In this document: piece by piece, positions 1 to 13,100 of the stretch
Numbering within the stretch: the stretch's first letter is position 1
How the letters are laid out: each line of letters starts with the position of its first letter
Origin: Chromera velia
Taxonomy: Eukaryota
Length of the DNA stretch: 51,087 nt
NCBI GenBank assembly: GCA_018398765.1
Contig: JAHBMJ010000326.1
Coordinates: forward strand, 1 to 51,087
Direction: 5' to 3'
Notes under the pieces: model-generated
Databases searched by the model: none
What the model was told of the DNA's origin: nothing
The model's input: only the letters and a program-made list of their open reading frames with translations
Position numbers and translations under genes: made by a program

Positions 1-36
1 GAGGGAGGGAGGGAGGGAGAGAGAGGGAGAGAGGGG

Positions 37-70
<34 letters not shown>

Positions 71-118
71 GGCGGAGAGAGAGAGGGAGAGGGAGAGAGA
101 GGGAGAGAGACAGAGACA
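1..118. repeat. GA/GGA-rich microsatellite
   Basis: Near-pure (GA)n/(GGGA)n run at the window start. Confidence 0.9.
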
Positions 119-530
119 GGGGCGCATGATATTGGGATGGGAGCATAGAACAGAGAGAGGGCCGGGGTTGCAGTGGGCGGGGGGCAGTGAGGGAAGGGAA
201 GCGAAGGGAAGGAAAGGGGGGAGAGCAAAAAGAATAACATGGGGGGAAGGAGAGCGGGAAAGATGACGGCAGGGCCGCTAAGCAGAAAAACCGTTCTGAT
301 TACCGGTGTTTCTGTTCCGTTTTGGGCCGATAAATCTTCATCCATCTTGCCTGCCATCCTTGAAACAGAACAAAAACGATATGTCCCCTGTGTGCCAAAG
401 TCAAAAATTTGGTTTTCTTTGTTCACACTCTCTGACCATGTTCTGCGCCTCCTCGTTTGTTTTTGTTTAAACACATTCTCTCATCGTGAGCATGTGCATA
501 CATGAAAAAAAATATTCTGCTTTCTTGCAG

Positions 531-640
531 GGGAGGTTCTTGATCTGAAAGACAAATTTGCGGCTCCCCAGACTCAGCAGAAAACAAGCTCGGTCGTCGG
601 AACCCTCTGGGAAGCCATACAGTCTCGTTTTCTCAATTAG
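531..640 (+). CDS. Possible terminal exon of a gene starting upstream of the window
   Basis: Pyrimidine tract plus ttgcag acceptor ending at 530. The open frame EVLDLKDKFAAPQTQQKTSSVVGTLWEAIQSRFLN ends at TAG 638-640. No recognisable domain. Confidence 0.3.
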
Positions 641-929
641 AACAAACAGCGGTGGGTAGCATTGACTTTATTTAGCTTGATTTCTGCTCTTGCCAAGTAC
701 GTTATCTCCTTAATTTGACTGTTCTCTCACACATGAAATCGCGGCTTTGTTTCCAACGAGCAAAGTTGAGGGCTGCTCAAGCGACCTCCTCTCACCGACT
801 CCAACCCCCTTTCATTGGATTAGAAGGGAGCGGATCGATTTTGAATGACCGGCCGGGGACTTCTATTCCGCCCCTCTCTAGCTTCTCCTTTAAGTTTGCG
901 GTTGCTGTGCTCTTCGGCTGCTGGATCAT

Positions 930-1011
930 CTTTTCTATCGATCTACTTGAGGGATAGATCGATGCTTCCTCTTTTCTATCGATCTACTTGAGGGATAGAT
1001 CGATGCTTCCT
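930..1011. repeat. Exact tandem duplication of a 41-bp unit containing a hairpin
   Basis: cttttctatcgatctacttgagggatagatcgatgcttcct at 930-970 and 971-1011. Each unit has ATCGATCTA-N9-TAGATCGAT. Confidence 0.9.
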
Positions 1012-2930
1012 CTGCCGGCTGGGACAGGGCCGTACTTTTTCTTTTTCCCTCTAGCTGACAAAGAAAGCTTTTTGACTGCTGGAATCTCTTTTGCATTGGT
1101 GCATGGTTCCTCTGTCAAACAGCTCATGGATCTTTGAGGGGGAGAGAAATGAGGAGCAGAAAGGGAGAGAAAGGCAAAGGAAGGAAACGGAAGAGAAGTC
1201 GCAAGAGGAAAGATGGACACCGCACTTTGTTCTGAGCTGCTCTTCGACTGCTGGAGCCGTCTGATCGAAGGCTTCGCGTCCTCTGCCGACTGGGCATGCG
1301 AGAACACTTTCTCTTTCGACGCGTGTTCTCTTTTGGCTGTTTCGTTTCATCGTCTGCTGGAGCTGCTTGAAGATTCCTCTGACGATTGAGCATAGGCGAA
1401 CACATTCTTTTCTTCCTGTTGTCTGTTTGTGCTGATGGTCTGCTGGGCTGCTTGAACGAATGTCTCAGCCCCGGACTGGGCACGCAGGCAACCCTTTCTC
1501 TCAGTTGCGGAATTTGAAGTCTGCGCGGCTTGGGAAGTGTGCATTGATCAATTTGCACAGCAGCTCCTACAGGTCGCTGCACCCTCTAGCTGCCCCTCAG
1601 AACACACGAGTGTCTGGGGTGGCATTTGAACTTTGCTACATTTTTCCAGAGATGTGTGCTTTAATATGCACTTACAATTGATTTAGACAATGTCATGTTT
1701 CCGCGCAGGTCTTTCTTTTGATCTTTCTCCTGCTGCTGTTCGCTTTCTTCTAACAGTCACCCCCCACTTTCTGTTAATTCCCTCATATGCAGGAGGGAGA
1801 CTGAAAAGGGAGTCGTGAAGCAGCACACGTCACTCTCTGGCAAGGACATGCATGACGAGAGAACCACGGCTGCAGACCAGGGAGGAGGTGCATGTTGAAC
1901 AGCGCGAAGGCACGTTCTGATTGGTTTGAGCACTTTGCTCCGTCAAGTTGGGGGCCTCTCTGCGTAGCTTTTTCAGTGTCCAGGGATCGTCGAGAGACTT
2001 CTTTTACCCCAATCTTCAGTTCTGCGGCCTTCGTCTGGTTGACACCTAGGTTGACACATCAATCCGCACGGGACCAATTTGTTACATTGTTACAAGGATT
2101 GTTACAAGATCACTCAATGAATCGAGACGCTGGCTACCTTTCTGTTGTTTAGACTTGCTTCTTGAGAGGTGCACTTTGTCTTGTTGTTATTCTTTTGCTG
2201 CACTGCGAACATTGCCTGGCGCCATCGCCTCCAGGCTTGGAGGCTCCTCAGGCTCCTTCATTCACTCATTTAAACTTGGTGGGCGGCTCTTTCATTGAGA
2301 CTTTCAATTCTTCCGCTTGCCCCACTATTTCATACGTAGGTCATGAGCATAAGATTGTCTTGTTACTACTACTGATGCTTTTCATTCCCTTGATTTCTTC
2401 ACTTGATTTGGTTGACTAATATGTAGCGAGTCTCCTAGCGAATATTCTGCGCTAGATATGATGGTGGCTTATACTACTCAGTAACTACTGAGGCCGCTAT
2501 TACTTATAAATTATAATAAAGATATGATGATCAATATCAGAATCATCATCCGAGTCATCATGCATCATATGCCATCCGTCGCCATCGGCCTATGTCACTT
2601 CTAGTGTCACCCCTATGAATAGGCGTTTAGCGTTTAGTGGCAATGTACGAGGCGTCGAGGCCTAGGCACGAGGCAGTTCGGTTCTTTACTAGCTAGTAGG
2701 TTCTTTCCAATAGCAGTTCACTTTCATTTATACTTAAGCGAACCAAGATGCTAGTTTTTAAACTGTATGTACTTTAATAAATACATTTATCTCTAAAAAT
2801 TGTAAACAAAGTTAATTTATATTACGTTTTCATTGATCGAAGTTTTATAACTAGTCTAGGTTACAGGTTGGGTAAGAGCTAAGGTAAGAGAAATCAATTA
2901 TAAAACTAGTAATAAAATCATAAGACTCTG

Positions 2931-3017
2931 AGTTAGAACTTGATATTAACAGTGCTTATAGCCTAAGTTATAGGTCCAATATAGATCTATAAGCACCGTT
3001 AATATCAAGTTCCAACT
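2931..3017. repeat. Inverted repeat with 31-bp arms and 25-nt spacer
   Basis: agttagaacttgatattaacagtgcttatag (2931-2961) matches the reverse complement of 2987-3017 with two mismatches, both transitions. Confidence 0.85.
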
Positions 3018-3281
3018 GATCATAGTTCATAAGAAATTGACCTCCAAAGTTTAGGAATTTAGAGGTCTAAATTCCTTTAGATTCCTAGCTAAATTCCTCT
3101 AAATTCCTATCTAAATTCCTAGGTCTTTGCAAGGTACTAGGATACATATTTAATAAATTAATGATCTAGCTAGCTAGGTCTACCTAGGATTCCCAACATT
3201 AGTCCAGGCAGTCCTATAAATTCTAGCCTACTCTAGCCCTAGCTCTAGTCTAGGCTGAGTCCAGGACCCCCCTCTAGTCCA

Positions 3282-3709
3282 GGTGCTTTTTGCCCTCCTA
3301 AAGCGGCGCTTTTCCCTAGGCTTTTCCGCAAAAAACTTGTTTTCATAATTGGTAAAGAGTTAGAAGCTGAAACTTTGTGTAAAAAGACGTTATAACGATA
3401 GAAAAAGAACTATAGAACAGATTTTTTATATCATTTCTAGAAACATAGTCTGCTATACTAGCTGTTATACAAATTTTGTGAGTTTCATACCGTTTTTCCT
3501 ACTATTAGGAACCGTTAAAAAATAGCCTAAAAATCAAAAAATTTGTATAGCAGCCTATGTTTCTAGAAATGATATAAAAAATCTGTTCCATAGTTCTTTT
3601 TCTATCGTTACAACGTCTTTTTACACAAAGTTTCAGCTTCTAACTCCTTAGTAATTATGAAAACGAGTTTTTTGCGGAAATGCGCCGCTTTAGGGAGGCA
3701 AAAAGCACC
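3282..3709. mobile_element. Foldback/MITE-like element with ~170-190 bp TIRs
   Basis: ggtgctttttgcc...atacaaattt (3282-~3476) is the reverse complement of ~3538-3709 (...ggcaaaaagcacc), with small indels. Possible 3-bp TSD cca (3279-3281 / 3710-3712). No coding capacity. Confidence 0.8.
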
Positions 3710-4642
3710 CCACTTGCCCCCGGCATGCAAGGCAGAAGATCTAATCAGTATAGTTTATCAGACAAAAAGAGTAAGAGAGATAGGCTCTGCACATACTAGG
3801 TATAAAGCAGCAAAAGTAATGAAAGATACATGCTACCGCTCCATCCCTGCCGCTAGCCCTGCCGTGTGTCACTTTGTCTTTCACTCTCACTTCGTCAGAG
3901 AAAATCAAGCATAATCTCATCTTATCCCGGGACTGTAATTCAAATGTATCCATGTTTATCAGCAGTTGCAATGGTTTTAAAGTGCAAGACAAGAAATGCA
4001 TATGTTGCGATGGGATGTGTGGTTGCATGTATGCGTGTATGATGTCGAGTAATGTGTATAAATGTATGATGCAAGGCAGACGTCAGATAATTGACATGCA
4101 GGTTTAAGGCTCCGGTTCCGAACACAATATAATCCTGTAATCCAGATCCTAGCTCCACTTCAAGAGACAGTAGGCTGAAGCAAGACTTCAATGGCGAAGC
4201 TGATTTGGAATGATCAAAGGGAAAAGTGAGAAACAACAAGTTAGAGAGTGTTCAGCGAACTGATTCAGGTGAGTAAAAAGAAATGTACAACTATTTGATA
4301 TTATATATACTAAATCTAAGCCGGATTCATATAAATCAAACTTTTCAAACATTTTAAAGTCAAATACGCACACTGGCTGCCGTGACTGGCATTTTCGACT
4401 GAGAAGATTGACTCTAGGTCCGGAGTCTAGGATTGACTCTGACTTTTCTGGAAATTCGAAAGGTGTACATGCATCTATATAGCTGCCATCCTTAGTGTCA
4501 TCCAGTGACATCCACGAATACATTCATGATCGATGCATGCACAAACAGTGTCAGACACTATCCAAACACAATTCAGGCTGGAAAGGCTTTCGCCGTCAGA
4601 TCGATCAACAACATCCTTCCACTGGGATCCAGTCTGAGGGGG

Positions 4643-5599
4643 TCAGAGATCTTCAATGTTTCGTGGTTTGGATGCCTGAACCTGCACACATACGTCTCAC
4701 ACGTATTCAGGCAGGATGGAGGTGAGTAAATGCGGGAACAGAAAACCACAAAGAAGAGGCAGCGACTTGGAAACAGAGAAAGAATCTACTTGAAGACACT
4801 GAGGAAATGACGAGAAGACACAAAGGTACATACGTTCTCATGAACGACAAAAAAAGGGGGGAATAGAAGATACTGGGTGAACACGTGAGGGTCTAGAAGA
4901 CCCGCCGAGAACGCTCCAGATCAATCAGGCGCTCAAGCCACACGAAGGGCACGAGAAGAAGGACATTACAGCTGTGGTTCGAATCATAAAATAAGACCAA
5001 GCCTTGGTACCATGCAACAGCATACAAGCGCACAAAGAGACGGATAAACGAAAACAGTCGCTGCATGGAAAAGAAAGGAGCGGGTGCCAGCGAAGGACGC
5101 TAGCTTCCGCAATGGATTCCTTCAAAACTCTCACGGCGGTTCGTATCGACATTCCCCCTTCCTGTTTGATGGGGAGCTGTCCAGCAACAGACCCAAAGCT
5201 CCCGCTACCCATCTACAGACGTTTGTGCGTTCCCACATACAGACACGAGATGTTTTTCCCACATAACGACGGATCGGCAGTCTGGCCATAAAAGTTCGAT
5301 CTTTCTGCCTTAGTGCACAGACAGACAAATGCACAAACGTACGGACGGACTGATTGACTGACTGACATAATAGAGCCGTTTGGCTTCGTCTACGAGGGCC
5401 TTGAAGCTGACGGGTTCTGTCTCGGCCAGGGTGCAGAGGTTCTTTCTGAAGGGCGAAGGGGGTGGGCGTACGTTGGCATACGAGCAATGGCCACAGAAGG
5501 GCAGAGAGAACAAAACAAGTACAAATGCATGAATGCACACACACGTACATCTGCATGCACACATTCAAACATGCACGGACGCAAGTACGCACACACCAT

Positions 5600-5652
<53 letters not shown>

Positions 5653-6439
5653 TCTCACTCACACAATCACAGGAGTCTCCTGCTGCTCCCACGAGGCTAG
5701 AGAAGGAAAGGTGTCCCATTCGTGGCAGATTCGAGAAATTCTGTCACCAAACGGGGACTGTCCGCTGGTTTTCCGACCGGGTGTCGGAAAGCAGAAACAG
5801 TGACAAACAGGCAGGCAGGCAGGGAGGGAGGGAGAGAGAGAGAGGCTACGAGAGGGACAGATTATACCGTGCCGTTCTTTCTTTCATGTCCACACATTCA
5901 CAGACAGCACGCATGATACGGATGCTGGATGCGGGAGCCGGCACAAAACAGACAGTCAGGTGAACGGACAGCTGAAGGGATGGACAGGTGAAGAAAAACA
6001 CAGAATGTCGAGTCAGAAAGTGGCAAATGTTGGTTTACACGGAAAGCTCCGCACGTACAGCGAAGACAGCAGACCGGCCAGCCTTGTCGGGCTCCTCCTG
6101 CAGAGCAGATAGATATCCGTCCACACATTGCGAACCCGTCTACGTTCCCTGCTTCTGTCTCCTGTCTCAGCACTTTGACGCACGCACGCACCTGTCGATC
6201 CAGATGTTTGCATGCCGAAGTCCACACGTGAGGTGTGCGTAGGTGAGATTCCACTCCCGAGAGGCGATGTTGATTTTGGACATCCAGTACACTCGAAACC
6301 GTCTCTTTCTCTTCAGGCGCGTGTAGAAGTCCTGACGCATCCAGTGGATCACCTTGGGGTATGCCAGCTTGTAGCAGTTCTTTGACCGGCCTGTGAAGCC
6401 TTTGGCCAGCTGCAACACAACCTCTCTGGGGATCTTCAT
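4643..6439 (-). CDS. rpl20: Organellar (probably mitochondrial) ribosomal protein L20 (bL20), 3 exons: 6439-6192, 5445-5367, 4681-4643; 121 aa
   Basis: Exon 1 MKIPREVVLQLAKGFTGRSKNCYK...RKRRFRVYWMSKINIASREWNLTYAHL..GL..ANIWIDR, exon 2 KNLCTLAETEPVSFKALVDEAKRLYY and exon 3 VQASKPRNIEDL* together match the bL20 pattern (AKGFxGR, W..RIN.A, DRKxL..LA..EP..F..LV). The GT-AG junctions keep phase. Exon 3 is the least certain. Confidence 0.9.
5601..5648. repeat. (CA)n microsatellite in L20 intron 1
   Basis: Pure CA run. Confidence 0.95.
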
Positions 6440-7608
6440 CGTCGGCTCCTCGCTCCACCTGATTCAAATTGAGTGTTCCCGTCTCTGCCGGCCGGCCGGC
6501 CGGCCGTCTCCTTTTAATTCCCGTCTCTTGTTGGCACGCACATCACAGCAGAAAACAGTTGACGAAAACAGGGTGATCTCCCGACTCAAAAACGTGGAAG
6601 GGGGACTATCTCGCACTTCTTAGGGTGCCTCTGGTCGCTATGTTTGATGCTAGCCACAGGATCGAACTCGAAGTGTATAACCTTCGCTAGCCGAGAAGTT
6701 TGTTCCGAGTCTGCATGTGCAAGGAGGATTCGTATTCGGGGTATATTTTAGCTGCGGCCCCACAGTGGGCCCGCGCCCCGTCCATAACGTCCGTAACACG
6801 CGGGCCCCGGCACCCATGCACAAAAAGCACGCGCCATGCATCACGTCCATATAACGGGCAATCGGAATCGGTTCTTTGTCTGACCTTTCGGTCGCTGATT
6901 CGATAGCCCCGCTCCACTCATACTCTCGCCCTTCCCTCATCTCGCTTTCCCAGTGATTTTGTTTGTATACACATACTTTCTTTATTTGCTGCTGGGCCGT
7001 GTGTGATGTGACGTTCCTATTCTGCTCTCCACTATTATGTTGTCTTCTCAAGTCACATTATATTGTCTTATCACTTTCACCATCTATATGCATGTGTCAT
7101 CACTTTCTCGACTTGTGACATTCGTATTCCCGTAATGGTTTCGTGTTTGCGTTGTTGTTTGTGCTCTCACTGTTTTCCTTAGTCGGGGTTTTCCCAACTA
7201 ACACTTCCCACCAATTTCCCTTGGATTTCACAAAAACATGCCTTACGATTTCTCCAAGATTTTCCATCAATTTTCTAGAGATTTAATTCTCAATTAACGA
7301 TTTTAATTCATAATTTTTTGTAGGAAACTGCAGGATGTTAACATATAGCAATGTGCCAATGTCTACTAATGTCAAACATATTATACTACTACTAGTACTA
7401 AGTAGTATATTAATAAAGAAGTATCGTAAATTATCGTGATTACAAAAATGGAGTATCAAACCCCATGCATTTGCACGTGAAGTCTCATGCACATTATTAA
7501 ATGTATAAACAATTGAACAAATTAATCAAAAGCAATCAAGAAACATTTGAAGCTGCATGTTTCAGAAACGATATTCAGAGTATTCTAGCCTGAGGCTACT
7601 AAGGCTAC

Positions 7609-10114
7609 TCAATCTGGCTGGGAAAACCAACCCTTAAACCATGATGAGATCCCTCTTCGACGTTTTGAATTCGACCGCTGGCTTCTTCGCTTTCTTGACC
7701 TTGATTTCCCGCCCCTCTGCCGCAGGCCTCCGGACGTATGGCTTCTTTGTGACTGCTGCTGAGAGTCTAGAGCCACAATGTCAGCAACAAGCTTCAACTC
7801 TTGAACCACTTCTGGGACGTCTGTGAAGTATCGGTGAGCCACTTTTTTCAACACATCCAGCTTTTCGGGGTCAGTCTCATCAATCGGTGCGTATTCCATT
7901 TTCGGGTTGAATCTGACATACACGGCCCCGGGCCTCTTCGGCCCCCCTCGTTGTCCCTCCGTGCCCGACAGAGGCAGACTGCCCCCCAACGACTTTTCTA
8001 TCGGCAGCAGCTCGTTGAACCACAGACTGAGCATCGAGTGGATGTACTCTGTGTCGACTGCCGACTGGACCACCTGATCCAGAACGTCCAGGAGGGTCCT
8101 CCATGTGCCCTGCCTCTGGGGGTCCTGGACCTGGTCCCCCTCCATGCCTTCCGTCTCGTCTCCCGTCATTGACGATGGGGGGGAATCGGGAGAGGAGGCC
8201 GCAGCAGCAGCCGCAGCCGTGGCTTCAGACTCGAGCAGTGCCAGGTGGACCTGTGCGTCGGATACAGGCTCGTACCCGTCTGCACTCTCGTACTGCGTCT
8301 CTCTGAGAAGCGTCTCTGGAGACGAAGTTGACGGTGAGGGCGACGCTCTGCTGCTGTCTTCAAAAAAGGTCCCCCCACCGCCATCCTGAAAGAGACTATC
8401 CCCAATGGATTCTCTCCAAGCAAGGGGGTTGAGGGCGACCCCGGAAAGTCCTGTGGGGGGCAGGGCATTGCCAGAAGAAGTCGAAAGGTCAAAAAGGGAC
8501 GAAGGCGATCCTCTGCTGCTGCTGCTGGATGCCGGGGTCCCCCGACGCGGCATGGGTCCGGACTCGAACCCCGGCAGATCGGCAAAGTCGTCTGCCGAAG
8601 GCAAAACGTACTCCAGACCGCGAGAGCGAGTGGAGCCGCTGAGTGGCTTTGAAGGGAAGGGAGGGAGGGTGGGCTTTGTTTCTTCGAGGGAATAAGGGCT
8701 GGGGTTCGAGAGGGTTGCAGGGGTGGTTGTTGTGGAGACTGTTGAGGTGTTGAGGGAGGACAAAGAAAAGTCTGTCTCCTCTCTTTTCCTCGTTCCAGCC
8801 TCTCTCTCCCCTACCCCTTTCATCAAATTCTCTCCTTGCCCTCTCTCCTGCTGACCGAGTTCGAGAGGAGGCTTCGAGTCTGACCCGTTTAGAGGGGCAG
8901 CAGGACCGGGTGCTTCTCTCTCGGCCTTTCTTTTTTCCTCCTCCATCCTTTCTAGCTGGTCCCTCTCTCTCTTCTGAATTTCCCGAAACGAATGCGGCAC
9001 ACTCGTCCCCACAGACACCAAAAGGTCCACAGGCTCTCCTGGGTAGAGACGGGTGACCTCCTGGAGGGCAACTGCTGCCGGGTTGTTCGCAATGATCGAT
9101 CCATCAACGAACCTGTGCAGCAAGCACGTGTGCGTGCGACCGTTCAAAAAAGAATTTCTCATACGCACTCAACCGTGCGGATGGAATTATGAACATGCCA
9201 ACTCCTTTTCTCAACAAAGAAAGATTCCCCAAATGCACCGCCCTTCCGAACAACCAACCCAAGCCTCTCCACATCACGTCCAAATGCCAGCTTCTGGGCT
9301 GCCCATGTAATGCGCTCTGTACCGAAAGCACCGCGCGTTTCCTTTTTCGATCTCTCCTCTGGCGACACAGAGAAGCGATTGTGAAGAAAAAAGTCCACTT
9401 CGTCGGCATGCATGCATCTTGACATCGTATTCTACTGTCCTTTCTGCAGGCGGAAGCCCGGTCCGATTCGTACAGGCGGGTGCACTTTGAAAGAACAGAC
9501 GACAGACGACCCGCATCCCCCCACGCCGCAGACTCACCACTCGTTCTCCAGCTGTACAGGGGAGAAGTAGAGGGGCGCGGCCGTGGTTGCTCTGAGTGCC
9601 TCCCTGCACTTGACCTTGAAGGACCCCGGAAAGTGTGCTCCCTTGGGGGACCAGGGGGGGAAGTTGTACGTTCTCCAAACGCACAGGTCGGGGGGACTGG
9701 CACCCAAGCGGACGCTGAGAGTCATCAGCTGCGGCCCCCCCTTCCTCGAGAGGTCGATCATCCGGTCGTCTCCGAGGATCTCTCGGAGGATGTTCTCCCA
9801 GTTCACATCGTCGTAGTAACCCATGCGGATGTACCTGCAGGAGATAGAGTGTGCATGCACGCATTAATGAAGGCATCGATACACATTGACAACATAGAGT
9901 GGAGTCATACCTTTTTGACGCATGGCTGCCGACAGGGCATTCGGTTGCAAATCGAAGGAAGACATACGGACCTCGTCCTAGAAGAAGGGACGGGGAAGAA
10001 TTTGTGTGTCCTGCAGGAGACGAGACCGTCTTGGGACCTCTCTCTGCTTCTCTGCGTGTGAGTGTGTCTGTGTGTGTCTGCGTGTGTGTGTGTCCGCGTG
10101 TGCGTGTCTGTGGT

Positions 10115-10158
<44 letters not shown>

Positions 10159-13100
10159 TGTGTGTCTGCGTGTGTGTGTGTGTCTGTGTGCGCGCGCGCG
10201 TGCGTCAGTGTGGAAAGTGCACGAGGCACGGGGCTTATTGTGAATTCAGTGGGGCACCTGGGTGGCGAAAGATAATGGAGGGGCCTCAAAAGAATCAGCA
10301 CACGGACAGTCGCAGGCCGGACCAGAATCCGTTCACTTGTCCGAAATCAATTGAGGAAGATCACAATAAATTAATATCAGTGCGTGAGAGGCCAACCCAT
10401 TGCCACCACAGAGACACACACAGTTGACGCCTCCCTCCTCCCCCCCCCCCACTGTCTCTCTCTCTCAACGTAGGTACCTGGACATGGACCAGACGATGTT
10501 GTCTTTTTTGAAGATTCTGCCGATCCACGAGTCGTACTTTCTCTCGATCTCCGCTATCGGCTCCCCCATTGCTGCGAGCATCCCGATGATCGCGCCTGTT
10601 GAGGTTCCACAAATGAAGTCGAAGACCTCATGCAACTCCTTCCCTCCACAGGCTGCAACCAGATGCTTCAGCATCGCGATCGTCAGAACTCCGCGAGTGC
10701 CGCCACCTGCACTCACATGCACACACGCACACCCAGCGACACAGACACGAACAGCACCGATGAAGAAGGTCGCTATGAAGAAAGAGGCAAGCATGTTCTC
10801 TCCAGTCAAATTCGTTTTTTTTTTTCTTTCGATACAAGAGCTTCATTGAGAGTTCCATTTTTTCCCTTCTGCGTCTCTGTCTTCATACTCTAGTCTGCCG
10901 AACCATCGGCCACAGAGCCAGAACAGAAAAGGGCGAACCCGGGGATCTCGTCAGAAAAGCGATACCAGAAAGAGGGAGAGCGTCAAAGCAGCAAAGATCT
11001 GAACAAAAAAGAAAGGAGACGCTCGGACAGGAAAACACCGAAAACAACCCCTGGATCGACTAAGCCTCCGACCGACCGTCTAGAGACAAAATCCGCAGCC
11101 CCCTTTTCCTCCGACCCCCCCGACGACTGCTAGGACCTCCCAAAGCCCAACCCATTTCTGCCTGCACCAATCTGAGCAGCTCCTCTCTCTCTCTGAGCAA
11201 CCCATCCATTGCCAGAAGGTTCCGGTCCTTTTCTCTTTCCCTATCAACCCCCACTCCCGCCCGTACCCCTGCAGCTGCCTCTCCGAGGGCCGAGCTAAGA
11301 ACTGAGCTCAACGACAGGGCATGGACCTGCCCCCCCGTGGGATTGTCCAAACCCACCGCTGCCCCTGTCTCAGAGGGAGAGGACGACGGACCCGAAGAAC
11401 TTGAAAACGCCGACCGCACTCTCCGAAATATTCCCCAACCCTTTCCCTTCTCCATCTCCTCTGTCTCGAAAACGTGGTCGAGAGGCTGCTTCTCCCTCTC
11501 TCTCTCTGAAAGCAATCCATCTCTCGTTGCATTCGAAAATTCTCCTACAGACAACAGCCCTTTCCCCTCCCCTTGCTCTACAGACGACGACCCCGGCTCA
11601 CCCTCAGAAGGCACAATCAAGCTTGTAGACAAATTCTGCGCTGCTGTTAGAGCTGACTGATTAAATTTTGAAACGTTCATCACCCCTAAATAAGCATCCA
11701 CAACCTGACTGGTTTCCTTCAACCCCTTACCCGCCTCCGGTGTAACCCCTCCTTCTACCCCCCCACTACTCTCCTTCTCTCCTCGAGACCACAATTTTCT
11801 GACCCTTCCAACAACCCCCCAACCGCCAAAAACTCCATCGGAGTTTTCCTTGTCTCTCTCAACAACAGGAATCTCTAGAGAAGCAGCAGAAGAGTTCAAA
11901 GCAGCAGATGCCGCAAGCTCTGCCTTCCCCTGCTCTGGCGTGAAAATTTGAAAGAAGGCAGAGGGGAGGGCACGAAGCCTTGCTCGTACTCCTTGGCTGT
12001 CTCCTTCTATCTCTATGTCCTCTTCGCTTCCTTCCGACTCCTCTTCACCTCTATCTGACCCCGCCCTCTCTCCAGGCTCCCCTCTCACTCCCCCCGCTGC
12101 TGCAACACCAGAGGGCATCAAAAGGGGCGGGCGAAGAGCTCCTCCTGTCTCTTCCTGCGGCCCCTTTTCCTTCTCTCTTGTCTCGAGAAGGGGGGCAAGA
12201 CTGAAATCTGGGTGGAGGACAGAATCGTTCGATGCCAGCGAGGAAGGCAGGCTGTCAGGGTCTGATCCCCCGAACTGTCTTCTTCTTAGCTCGGCCTCTC
12301 TCTCTCGGGCTCTCCCCATTTCTTGCTTCACCGCCTCAGCATAAGATGCCAATCCTGTGACGACTGCGAAGAGGTCGTCGTGTCTCTGCATTGCCCTGAC
12401 TGACCTCTCTTCCCTCACAGACGACACCAGAGCGTCAATCAGCTGGAGGATCCTCAATTGGATGTGCAGCTGTACAGCCTCACAGGCAGCTCTGTGCCGC
12501 ACTCCATTGACAGTCGGGGTAGATAGAGGGGACTCAGGGGGCGTTCGGGGTCCCTTTTTGCCTCCCCGTCTCTCCCTGCTCTTCTCTCTACCTCTCTGCC
12601 GACGGGGCAGAACTGCAGAGGGCACCTTCCCAGACCCCCTGAGTGCCTCTGCCAGCACATCCAGAACCCCCATATCCAACAGAGTCTCAGGAGCCCCCTG
12701 GACCTGCCAGCAGAGGGCGTGGAGGACAGACAGGGCCTCCAGCTGCAGAGAGAGATCGCCCCTACGGACACCCCGACTGAGGGCGTGCAGGTACACTGCG
12801 GCTCCCACGGAGTTCACGAAGGCAGTGAGCTGCCCGGCCGCCCCAGTGGGCGTATCGGGACCCGACAGCTCGACGTTAGCCACGGCCTGCAGACAGGAGA
12901 GAAATCAAATTTTGATGCAGCAAGGAAAGAACCTAGTGCGTCTCGCCACTAAAGGGGTTTTAGCTTTCTCCACACTGAGTCGCTCAGTGAGTAAACAGGC
13001 AGAACAAGTCTTCCCCTTCCGCCAACAAGAAGGGATCGAAAAAATGAATGAAGAGGACGCAGGGAAAACGGATCATCCATCAGACACAGCTTACCCCAAA

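Noticed and set aside
930..1011. CRISPR-like palindromic repeat
   Set aside because: Only two abutting units with no spacer, no cas genes, and a eukaryotic context.
984..1582. Overlapping minus-strand ORFs
   Set aside because: Low complexity, internal stop, no domain and no convincing splice structure.
5131..5305. Alternative last exon for L20 (KDRTFMAR...)
   Set aside because: It gives an over-long, non-L20-like tail. The 4681-4643 exon has a clean acceptor and the expected short length.
5131..5963. Long ORFs with CVCVCV/HTHTHT runs (also 9899-10427, 13186-13697, 39892-40607)
   Set aside because: They are translations of intronic microsatellites.
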